Origin: SAR202 cluster bacterium
GTDB lineage: Bacteria > Chloroflexota > Dehalococcoidia > Lucifugimonadales > UBA6927
Direction of reading: 5' to 3'
Assembly: GCA_022447855.1 (NCBI GenBank)
Contig: JAKUTX010000001.1
Location: 236,435 to 300,434, forward strand
DNA: 64,000 nucleotides
Of this stretch, positions 48,317-56,646 are shown one piece after another; position 1 is the first letter of the stretch, and every line of letters begins with the position of its first letter. The notes under the pieces were generated by a model. The model had not been told where the DNA came from and ran no database searches. It worked only from the letters and a program-made list of their open reading frames with translations. The position numbers and the translations under genes are program-made.

Positions 48317-49990
48317 TTATTTTCTACCAGCAATTAACCTAGCCATCTCAACTGCAAACCAGAGTGCCAAACTACCTGTACGATCATCATAGCCACATAC
48401 AGCAGTCCGATCTAAATAGTCACGAACAGATTCCATTGCTCCCGTACTTATGCAACCATCCATTACATCCCCATTGTCAGCTATCCTCTCACTTGCCCCA
48501 GTCCAAATTTTGTTCAACCATTCGAGATTTGAAGAATCGATCCAACCTTTCCGTAAACCCCTTGCAGCTGCATAACCTATCATGCAAGTACCTGTCATTT
48601 CCTCATAAGAGCCTTTCAAATCGATGATTTCAAGCCAACGTCCAGAAGGTTGTTGAAATTTTTTCAACCCATCCAACAATCTTCTGTATGAATCTAAAAT
48701 GAATGGCCGTTCAGGATGATCTTCAGGCAACACGGACAAAGTTTCAGTCAAACCTATCGCCGCGAACCCATTCCCTCTTCCCCAATAAATATCGGTATTT
48801 CTATCATGCATAAACAATCCGTCGCTTTTTTGGGTTTTCATATTTTTAAGAAAGGTAACAAGTTTCTGCAAATAAGATTTATCACCAGTTAAAGAGTAGG
48901 CTCTTCCCAATATCGACCCTAGCATAAACATATCCTCCGTTCTCCAAAGAGGATCAGCTGGATGAGGTGGATTGGATTCACTACCTTCCTCAAAGAGATT
49001 TGCAGCATCTACTATTGTTTGTTTATACCTTTGATCACCAGAAAATAAAAACATTTCATCTGCCCAAACCATTCCAGCAATATGAGCAGAACCCGCGGGA
49101 TTATCAGCATATGGATCAATTACACCAGAAACATAATTTTCTGTAAGTCCAGCGATTTCATGAATAGGGTTATTAGTTAGACCTCCATCCATTTCCCACA
49201 ACCTGATTCGACCACTGATTCCTACCCCTTGAACATAATTGATAGGGTTATCAAGTTTGTGTCCATACGTTGAAGCAAGTATCCGTGCTGTGGCAATTGG
49301 AGTTCTTTGCCTACGAGATTCCAGGGTTTTTTGTGCTTGTGAAGCCGGAAATGATCCAGACAATGCAATCAACTTCGAGAGTTCCGACACAACAGAATCT
49401 TCTGGAGAAGATAAACGAAATGCAGGAATGGCTCCTAACCCGCTCGCTCTTGAAAATCCTAATGCATTGACGAAAGAATTATCTTTTGAAACTGGATGTG
49501 CATTCAACTCAGTTGCAATCCCCTGAGCAGCCACATTTGATTCCCAGTGAACCACTTCAGCATTACAAACTTCTACCACTACATCAGGAGCCAAGTAAGA
49601 AACCCAACGCCACAGATATCTAGATTCCGGATTTTTTTCATCATTGAAAAATCCATCATTTGGAGGATATCCTAAAGATGGGCTTCCTCCAGATGAATTA
49701 TTCGGTGACATTGATCGTTCATAACCATCAATGTTAATACACGGAGCAAAACTAATGCTTAAAGTAGAATCAACACATGCTTCAATAGCTCTAAGTGAAG
49801 TGTTTACATCCGCCTCACTCCCAGATAGCCCCCCCACAATTGCAATATTCAAATTTGGAGCATTAACACTCTCTAAAAAAGGAATCTGCGTCTCTAAACG
49901 AGTTACCCCAAGAGCAGAATTATTCCACTGCTTAGAATTAAGTTGAGAAAATTCCTCAACTACTGAATGAATGTTTTTTAGATTTGGCAT
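48317..49990 (-). CDS. Two-domain protein: unknown N-terminal domain fused to a GH105/YteR-like unsaturated rhamnogalacturonyl hydrolase domain
   Basis: The C-terminal half has WGRGNGFAA, QQPSGRWLEIID and EEMTGTCMIGYAAARG blocks, as in GH105. I prefer ATG 49990 (GGAGA 6-7 nt upstream) over the track start at 50068. Confidence 0.65.
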   Translation of the reverse strand: MPNLKNIHSVVEEFSQLNSKQWNNSALGVTRLETQIPFLESVNAPNLNIAIVGGLSGSEADVNTSLRAIEACVDSTLSISFAPCINIDGYERSMSPNNSSGGSPSLGYPPNDGFFNDEKNPESRYLWRWVSYLAPDVVVEVCNAEVVHWESNVAAQGIATELNAHPVSKDNSFVNALGFSRASGLGAIPAFRLSSPEDSVVSELSKLIALSGSFPASQAQKTLESRRQRTPIATARILASTYGHKLDNPINYVQGVGISGRIRLWEMDGGLTNNPIHEIAGLTENYVSGVIDPYADNPAGSAHIAGMVWADEMFLFSGDQRYKQTIVDAANLFEEGSESNPPHPADPLWRTEDMFMLGSILGRAYSLTGDKSYLQKLVTFLKNMKTQKSDGLFMHDRNTDIYWGRGNGFAAIGLTETLSVLPEDHPERPFILDSYRRLLDGLKKFQQPSGRWLEIIDLKGSYEEMTGTCMIGYAAARGLRKGWIDSSNLEWLNKIWTGASERIADNGDVMDGCISTGAMESVRDYLDRTAVCGYDDRTGSLALWFAVEMARLIAGRK

Positions 49991-50165
49991 AATTTCTCCG
50001 CACAATGAACTAAACATAAATAATTTATCGATGCAAGGATACTTATGAACCCCCATTTGGTCAACCACATGAATTCAAAAAGGTATGATTAATTGACCAG
50101 TAAGACTCACTAATATAGACTTGCGATCGAAATTAATTCCAAATTTATATATTAAGGAGTATCCA

Positions 50166-50831
50166 ATGAAGCTACTTGTATTAAGCGGAGGGAATCATCC
50201 ATACGAAGAATCCACACCTGTTTTAGAAAGCTTTTTAAAACAAGCTGGTCACGAAGTCACAGTAACTGAAGACGCCGCCCAGATCAACTCTGAAAACTTG
50301 GCAAATTTTGAAATACTAATCTTCAATACAATGCGCTCAGGAGATACGACTTTAAGTCGTGCCCAACAAACAGCAATGACCCAGTTTATTGGAGGAGGTC
50401 ATGGATTCGTCTCGTTGCATATTTCCAATGTCCGCCCAGATGACTGGCACGAGTATCATGACATTACTGGTGGAGGATGGATATCAGCTGATAGCTGGCA
50501 TCCACCTTATGGACAATTCGAAGTGAATGTCACGAATTCGAATCATGAATGTGTTGAGGGTATTTCAGACTTTTTAACAAATGACGAACTCTACATGGGA
50601 TGTGATTTAAAAGACGGAAATGACTACTTTTTACATGCCGATTCAGAAGAAGGGACTCATAAGTGGAGAGACAAAGAAACATTTATGCCAGGCGGCACAT
50701 TCCCCCTTGGTTGGACTAGAAAGTACGGTAATGGGAAAGTATTTGTAACAAACTTAGGCCATAACGGACTAAGTTTTAAGACTCCTGAATATCAAAAGCT
50801 TGTACTCAACGGAATTAATTGGGTATCCTGA
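50166..50831 (+). CDS. ThuA-domain protein
   Basis: MKLLVLSGGNHPYEES start with AAGGAG upstream (the track start at 50121 is unlikely). GGGHGFVSLH motif. Confidence 0.7.
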   Translation: MKLLVLSGGNHPYEESTPVLESFLKQAGHEVTVTEDAAQINSENLANFEILIFNTMRSGDTTLSRAQQTAMTQFIGGGHGFVSLHISNVRPDDWHEYHDITGGGWISADSWHPPYGQFEVNVTNSNHECVEGISDFLTNDELYMGCDLKDGNDYFLHADSEEGTHKWRDKETFMPGGTFPLGWTRKYGNGKVFVTNLGHNGLSFKTPEYQKLVLNGINWVS

Positions 50832-50874
50832 CTTTCACAAATCCGTGAACCCCAATCCAAGTAAGGTTTAGTTT

Positions 50875-51969
50875 ATGAAAATCACAGAAGTAAAAGTTTC
50901 TACTTTAACTTATCCAGAAGGATCAGCCGTTGCGGATGCCACAATGGCACCCAAAAGCGCCAAAGGCTACACCTTCGTACATATATTAACTGATGAAGGT
51001 ATTACAGGACTGGGGATTGGGAAATCGGCACCAGGAATCAAACAAATCGTTGAAAATATTTTTGCCCCTATCCTAATTGGACAAGACCCTTACGACATCG
51101 AAAAACTATGGGATTTAATGTATTGGGCTATCAGAAGCTTTGGGAGGAAAGGTGTTGCTTTTCAAGCAATATCATCAGTCGATATTTCACTATGGGATTT
51201 AAAAGCAAAATCCTTAGATTTACCACTTTACAAACTACTTGGAGCGTTCTCTGATGCAGTTCCTATTTATGGTAGTGGAGGGTGGACAAACTATACCGAA
51301 GAACAACTTGTGAGAGAAATGACCGATTATGTAGATCGCGGAATTCCAAGAGTGAAAATGAAAGTAGGCAAAGATTTTGGCAAATCTGAAAAAGAAGATC
51401 TTCAAAGGCTCGAACTCGTTAGGAAGTCAGTAGGTGACGACATTGAGATTTTCGTGGATGCAAACTGGGGATATTACCCTAAACAAGCAATCATGATGGC
51501 CAAGCAATTTGAGAATTATAATATTGGATGGTTTGAAGAACCAACTACTGCTGAAGATATCGCAGGATTATCTGAAATTCGTCACTCAATTTCTATGCCC
51601 CTTGCATCAGGCGAACTTGAATATTCTAAATATGGATTCAAAGAGTTGATTTCTCGAGGAGGTTGCGACATAGCCCAACCTGATGTTGGCCATGTCGGTG
51701 GCATTACAGAATGGTTAAAAATTGCTCATATTGCCCACTCATTTAATATTCAAATCGCTCCGCATGGCCATCAATTAGTACACTTGCATCTTGGGTGCGC
51801 AACTCCAAACTTAAAAGTAATCGAATACATGAATACTTCATTAGAAATCGATCGAATATTCTTTAATGAATTCCCGCAACAAAAGGGAGGAATGTGGAAA
51901 CCCTTCCATGACAAACCAGGATTAGGATTGGATTTAAACCCTAAAGCTGTTGAAAAATGGGCAGTTTAA
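50875..51969 (+). CDS. Enolase-superfamily enzyme (mandelate racemase / muconate lactonizing family)
   Basis: KVKVG-like RVKMKVG, FVDANWGY, GWFEEP, ASGE and DIAQPDV motifs (metal ligands and catalytic Lys region). Confidence 0.85.
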   Translation: MKITEVKVSTLTYPEGSAVADATMAPKSAKGYTFVHILTDEGITGLGIGKSAPGIKQIVENIFAPILIGQDPYDIEKLWDLMYWAIRSFGRKGVAFQAISSVDISLWDLKAKSLDLPLYKLLGAFSDAVPIYGSGGWTNYTEEQLVREMTDYVDRGIPRVKMKVGKDFGKSEKEDLQRLELVRKSVGDDIEIFVDANWGYYPKQAIMMAKQFENYNIGWFEEPTTAEDIAGLSEIRHSISMPLASGELEYSKYGFKELISRGGCDIAQPDVGHVGGITEWLKIAHIAHSFNIQIAPHGHQLVHLHLGCATPNLKVIEYMNTSLEIDRIFFNEFPQQKGGMWKPFHDKPGLGLDLNPKAVEKWAV

Positions 51970-51980
51970 CACTTTATAGT

Positions 51981-52823
51981 TTATGAAAGATTTGTGCGTA
52001 ATGCCCAATCTCCTTGGTCAACTTTAGCAAGAAAATTTTCTATAATCCTATTGAACAAACTCGGTTCTTCAATATTGATTGCATGGCCAGATTGTGGAAA
52101 AGTTACCAATCCCGATTTTGGAAAGTTTTCCTTCATAAACAAAGCTGGCTGAATACACGGAGAATCTTCATCACCAACTAAAATCAAAACAGGTATCTGA
52201 CATTTTTTAATTTCATCTTCATAATCATACACAGATTTCCGCTTCTTTTGTACTCCCTGAAATGTTAAAGCTGAACCAAGATTGGAATGATCTAATAAGC
52301 GAGAACGAAATCTTTCAAATGCTCTAGAATCTTTCCTTATAAGTTGTGTTCTGGTTTCTCCTCTTATATATGAATCAAGCGCCTGCATGCCATCAGAAAT
52401 TAATTTGGAAGAATAAAATTCAATCATTTCCACAAATCCTTCACTTGGATTTGACCCACTGCCAGCTCCAGCAATTATCATCGACGAAGTACGTTCAGGA
52501 TACTTCAACCCAAAAACCAAAGTTGTACCACCTCCCATTGACAAACCACCTATATGGGCTTTTTCAATAGACATTTCATTCATAAAAGCATGTAAATCGT
52601 TGACAAGAATCTCTTGCGAATAATCATCTTGATGCTCAGGAACTTCTGATGGTGGATAGCCACGATTATTTATAGAAATCACTTTGTAATCATTACATAA
52701 TCTCTCAGTTAAGGATTCCCATGACCTAAAATCATCTGCGAATTCATGAAGTAAAATCAAGGGAGCCCCTACTCCCTTCTCTTGGTAAAAAATTTCAACT
52801 CCATTTATAGAAATTGTTGGCAT
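51981..52823 (-). CDS. Alpha/beta-fold hydrolase
   Basis: INGVEIFYQEKG start region, HEFADD, nucleophile elbow GLSMGG, and C-terminal SGHAINIEEP. Start taken at ATG 52823 (GGAGA upstream). The track start at 52937 overlaps the divergent gene. Confidence 0.8.
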   Translation of the reverse strand: MPTISINGVEIFYQEKGVGAPLILLHEFADDFRSWESLTERLCNDYKVISINNRGYPPSEVPEHQDDYSQEILVNDLHAFMNEMSIEKAHIGGLSMGGGTTLVFGLKYPERTSSMIIAGAGSGSNPSEGFVEMIEFYSSKLISDGMQALDSYIRGETRTQLIRKDSRAFERFRSRLLDHSNLGSALTFQGVQKKRKSVYDYEDEIKKCQIPVLILVGDEDSPCIQPALFMKENFPKSGLVTFPQSGHAINIEEPSLFNRIIENFLAKVDQGDWALRTNLS

Positions 52824-52838
52824 TCTAATCTCCATATC

Positions 52839-52866
52839 TTGTGATATCAATCTGTAGCAGTATAAT
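52839..52866 (+). promoter_or_regulatory. Possible promoter of the corrinoid methyltransferase operon
   Basis: TTGTGA (52839-52844), 16-nt spacer, TATAAT (52861-52866), 29 nt before the ATG at 52895, in the 71-nt divergent gap. Confidence 0.35.
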
Positions 52867-52894
52867 GTATTAAAAATCTTTTTGGCAGTAGACA

Positions 52895-53800
52895 ATGCAA
52901 TCAAAAAAACCTCGCAATCTAACATTACTAGAAGCAATTTCTGAAAAAACAGTACTTATATCTGACGGTGCAACAGGGACATACTTACAAAATCATGGCC
53001 TGGAACCTGGTGGTTGTCCTGAAGAATTTAACTCAAGCCATCCGCAAGTCATTAGCCAAATGGCGAAAGACTATTTTGATGCAGGTTCCGATTTAGTACT
53101 AACAAATTCATTCGGCGGAAGTAATTTCATGCAAAAAAAATATGGGCATGGAGATAAAGTTTCTGAATTTAATCGTTTAGCTGCGCAGCATGCCAGAAGA
53201 GCCGCAGGACCTAATAATTACGTTCTGGGTTCAGTTGGACCAACGGGAGAATTTTTATCACCTCTAGGAGATGTTTCTGAAAAAGAAATGTCTCTTGCTT
53301 TTAAAGAACAAATGATTGCCTTAAAGGAAGGTGGAGCTGACGCAATATTAATTGAAACCATGACCGCAATTGAAGAAATTTCACTTGCAATCAATGTAGC
53401 AAAAGAAAGTACAAATCTGCCGGTTATTGCGACTATGGTTTTTGACAAAGGACCAAGAGGGTTTTTTACTATGATGGGAATCACTCCAGAGCGTGCGGCT
53501 AAGGAATTAACCTCTGCAGGTGCTGATATTATAGGAACAAATTGTGGTAATGGTATCGACTTAATGATTGAAATAGCACAACAAATGAGAGCGTCTACAG
53601 ACAAGCCTATGATAGTACATTCAAATGCTGGCATCCCTACAGTAAAGAATGGAGAAATAATATACCCAGAAACTCCTGAATACATGACAGAACGATTCAT
53701 AAAAATTGTGGAACTAGGGGTTAACATTGTTGGTGGATGCTGTGGTACCGGACCAGATCACATTAAGTTATTATCAAAAACCCTAAAACCGTCAGCATAA
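52895..53800 (+). CDS. Homocysteine S-methyltransferase-domain protein (MetH Hcy-domain / BHMT / MmuM fold)
   Basis: LISDGATGTYL, LTNSFGG and the zinc Cys triad context GTNCGNG ... VGGCCGTGPDHI. 301 aa, so a stand-alone domain. Confidence 0.8.
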   Translation: MQSKKPRNLTLLEAISEKTVLISDGATGTYLQNHGLEPGGCPEEFNSSHPQVISQMAKDYFDAGSDLVLTNSFGGSNFMQKKYGHGDKVSEFNRLAAQHARRAAGPNNYVLGSVGPTGEFLSPLGDVSEKEMSLAFKEQMIALKEGGADAILIETMTAIEEISLAINVAKESTNLPVIATMVFDKGPRGFFTMMGITPERAAKELTSAGADIIGTNCGNGIDLMIEIAQQMRASTDKPMIVHSNAGIPTVKNGEIIYPETPEYMTERFIKIVELGVNIVGGCCGTGPDHIKLLSKTLKPSA

Positions 53801-53813
53801 AGGAATAACAAGT

Positions 53814-54491
53814 ATGTATGCAGAAAATTCAACAAAAGACTCAGAAATTTCAAAGGTTTTCAAAAATTTTGGCAGTTGTGTAGAACTAATCCCTATAGAT
53901 CCACACTTCCAAAATGTTTCCATTGGGTTATATGTCCAAAATTCCATCTGCTCCATCTGGTCATTCAGTCAGAAAAAGGGCATCCAAAAAAGGATCGAAC
54001 ACATTCGCGATCAAATGATCCATCTTGGCGATTTAGAACCTATACAGGAATCATTCAATCAAGCCAAATTCCCATGCGGAATAATCCACCAAAGACCATT
54101 AAGGTTTTTAATCTCTCAAGCTACAAATAAAAATCCTGATTTCAAGCATCCATCAGGTGATATTACTATCCAAGACTCAAAGTCAGACCTCAAAATTACT
54201 GCCACACCCAGGGAAAATAATGGAAGTTGGGACTATGCTATAGAGGGAAAAGGTGAAGCGAAGAATGCTTCACTAAGAATCAAAATGATCGTTGCCGGTT
54301 TTATGAAATATGGTGAAATGATAAAAACTTCAGATACTTCTGTAGCATTTGAGTGTGGAAAAAACCATGATAATTTAATGAGAATAATTTTGCCTTATTC
54401 AAGAAATATTTCTAGTGTCGAAGGGATGATGGAAACTGAGGCTCTAAGAGGACAAATGACTACAGGCACGCTAGGATTTAGTGTCACATAA
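53814..54491 (+). CDS. Hypothetical protein (225 aa) inside the corrinoid operon
   Basis: ORF with AAGGA SD-like sequence. 13-nt and 36-nt gaps to its neighbours. No recognisable motif or TM segment. Confidence 0.5.
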   Translation: MYAENSTKDSEISKVFKNFGSCVELIPIDPHFQNVSIGLYVQNSICSIWSFSQKKGIQKRIEHIRDQMIHLGDLEPIQESFNQAKFPCGIIHQRPLRFLISQATNKNPDFKHPSGDITIQDSKSDLKITATPRENNGSWDYAIEGKGEAKNASLRIKMIVAGFMKYGEMIKTSDTSVAFECGKNHDNLMRIILPYSRNISSVEGMMETEALRGQMTTGTLGFSVT

Positions 54492-54527
54492 AAATAAATT
54501 AGTGATAGAATTTGTGAAGGAGCCCAA

Positions 54528-55559
54528 ATGATTTCAGAAATTCCAATGACATCGAAACAAAGAGTGCTTAATTCACTGAATGGTATTCCAGTAGATCGGA
54601 CTCCTTGTGCAAACCCAACAAGTGTTGCAACTGTTGAACTCATGGATCTAGTTAATGCACCTTTTCCAGAAGCTTGTAGAGAACCCGAACTAGCTGCAAG
54701 TCTAGCTGCAACAGGTTACACTGAATTGGGATTCGACAGCATATCACCATATTTTTCAATTATTCAAGAGTCCTCCGCACTGGGATGCGACGTACAATGG
54801 GAAGAAAAAGACAACTGGCCGACTGTGAGAATGTATAATCCTATTTGGAAAAATCCTGAGGATATCAAAATTCCGAAAAATTTCTTACAACATCGCGATA
54901 CCAAAGTACTAACAAAATCTATAGAAATGCTAAGTTCCGCATATGGAGATGAAACTGCTATTATAGGTAAAACCATGGGTCCTTGGACTCTAGCGTATCA
55001 TGTGTTCGGAGTAGAACCATTCCTATTAATGTCAGTTGATGACCCCAAACTTACTTTGGATGTACTTCATAGATTGAAAGAAATATCAGTTTTATTTGGA
55101 GAGGCGCAAATTGATGCAGGTGCTGACGCACTAACTTTCCCTGACCACGCAACTGGAGACCTAGTCAGCGGTGAGTACTACAAAAGATTTCTTATGGAAA
55201 TTCATATAGAAATGGCTGAAAGATTAAAAGTGCCCTTAATTTTACATATATGCGGAAACACTCTAGATAGAATGGAATATATTGCCAAAACTGGAATGGC
55301 GTCTTTTCATTTTGATTCTAAAAATGATCCCCAAAAGGCTATGGACACTGTCGACGGTAAAATAAGTTTAGTTGGAAACATTAACAATCCAGACACTTTG
55401 TATTCTAAAGGACCTGAAGAAGTTCGTGCGGAAGTGTTCAAATGCCTTAACGCAGGAGTACAAATGGTAGCTCCTGAATGCGCTGTCCCTTTATCCACAA
55501 AACTTGAAAATTTGATAGAAATCCCAAGAGCGGTAAAAGCTTGGCACAAAGAAAATTAA
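54528..55559 (+). CDS. URO-D-fold methyltransferase (MtaA/MtbA/MtsA/CmuA family)
   Basis: 343 aa. GAAGGAG SD. Zinc motif LHICGN (H-x-C) plus a downstream Cys in APECAV, as in methylcobamide:thiol methyltransferases. Confidence 0.75.
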   Translation: MISEIPMTSKQRVLNSLNGIPVDRTPCANPTSVATVELMDLVNAPFPEACREPELAASLAATGYTELGFDSISPYFSIIQESSALGCDVQWEEKDNWPTVRMYNPIWKNPEDIKIPKNFLQHRDTKVLTKSIEMLSSAYGDETAIIGKTMGPWTLAYHVFGVEPFLLMSVDDPKLTLDVLHRLKEISVLFGEAQIDAGADALTFPDHATGDLVSGEYYKRFLMEIHIEMAERLKVPLILHICGNTLDRMEYIAKTGMASFHFDSKNDPQKAMDTVDGKISLVGNINNPDTLYSKGPEEVRAEVFKCLNAGVQMVAPECAVPLSTKLENLIEIPRAVKAWHKEN

Positions 55560-55574
55560 TTATAAGGATTTAAC

Positions 55575-56309
55575 ATGCCGATAAACCACGATGGTTTGAA
55601 CGAGGAAATATCTTATGTCTCTAATGAATCAGAAATACAACACATAAAAGGTCTTTTTGACAACTCCGATCCTAAAATGCACGAAATTGCTCATAAGCTG
55701 ATAATTGGTGACCAACATTCAGTCGACGAATTAACTAAAAAAGCTCTTGATGACGGATTTACTGCTAATACAATCCTTGATGATGGATTGATTTCTGGAA
55801 TGGCGATAGTTGGAATCAAATTCCGTGACAATATTATTTTTGTTCCTGAAGTACTAATTGCTGCTAGAGCCATGAAAGCAGGAATGACCCACATCGAACC
55901 AATCTTGTCTGCCTCTGGAATTGAACCCATTGGAACAATCATTATGGGTACTGTAAAAGGAGACTTACACGATATCGGCAAAAACCTATGTATCATGATG
56001 CTCAGGGGTGCTGGATTTACTGTACATGATCTTGGAGTTGATACACAGTCTGAAGAATTTATTGAAGCAGTAATGGAACATGAAGCGCAGCTACTCGGAA
56101 TGTCAGCCCTGCTGACTACAACTATGCCCAATATGGGGAAAACCATAGACGCATTTGAAGAGACTGGAATTCGTAGTGAAGTCAAAATCCTAGTAGGAGG
56201 GGCTCCTGTATCTCAAGAATTAGCGGATGACATGGGTGCCGATGGGTATGGAAAAGACGCAATTGAATGTGTAGATCTAGCCAAAAAATTTGTTGCTATT
56301 AAAAATTGA
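55575..56309 (+). CDS. Corrinoid (cobalamin-binding) protein
   Basis: B12-binding cap helix domain followed by a Rossmann domain with DLHDIG (DxHxxG, nt 55962-55979), MSALLTTT and VGGAP. Confidence 0.88.
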   Translation: MPINHDGLNEEISYVSNESEIQHIKGLFDNSDPKMHEIAHKLIIGDQHSVDELTKKALDDGFTANTILDDGLISGMAIVGIKFRDNIIFVPEVLIAARAMKAGMTHIEPILSASGIEPIGTIIMGTVKGDLHDIGKNLCIMMLRGAGFTVHDLGVDTQSEEFIEAVMEHEAQLLGMSALLTTTMPNMGKTIDAFEETGIRSEVKILVGGAPVSQELADDMGADGYGKDAIECVDLAKKFVAIKN

Positions 56310-56321
56310 ATCGTATTTTCC

Positions 56322-56603
56322 ATGGGAATTAAAGACACCAAAAATCAAATTAATGAGGAACTCGTTAAAGACAAATATATCTCAAGCATGAAAAGACTAG
56401 ACCAGATCATGCGTGATATATCTGAGACCGTAACAGAAGTTTCTTTAAAACGATGCCCATATAGAAACTCTAAAGATCGGTGCACTGCAAAGTTTGGGTG
56501 TAGAAATCAATATAGAGATGTACAACCGAATGAATTATTCATTTGCCAAGATGACCAAAAGTTAGATTATCGCAATGCATGGGAAATGGAATCTGAACCC
56601 TAA
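56322..56603 (+). CDS. Small Cys4 protein of unknown function
   Basis: 93 aa. Four Cys spaced C-x8-C-x5-C-x14-C. Located between the corrinoid protein and the activase genes. Confidence 0.45.
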   Translation: MGIKDTKNQINEELVKDKYISSMKRLDQIMRDISETVTEVSLKRCPYRNSKDRCTAKFGCRNQYRDVQPNELFICQDDQKLDYRNAWEMESEP

Positions 56604-56646
56604 AACATCTCAAAAAATTCGATAAACTCCATGTTACAATACTCAC

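Noticed and set aside
53218-53727. Long antisense ORFs in the track. Examples: 53218-53727, 55691-56185, 2815-3354, 12515-12871, 58890-59342, 10178-10495, 11254-11655, 7735-8118, 796-1254.
   Set aside because: Each lies entirely opposite a gene with an unmistakable protein family. Their translations are low-complexity (Ser/Pro/Ile-rich) and show no recognisable motifs. They are shadow ORFs, made more likely by the AT-rich codon usage.
52895-53800. Annotating the Hcy-domain protein simply as S-methylmethionine- or betaine-dependent homocysteine methyltransferase (MmuM/BHMT), unrelated to the corrinoid genes.
   Set aside because: Not fully rejected. It remains the main alternative, but the 13-nt coupling into an operon with a corrinoid protein and its activase makes a corrinoid-dependent role at least as likely. 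It is listed as the refutation test for the main finding.
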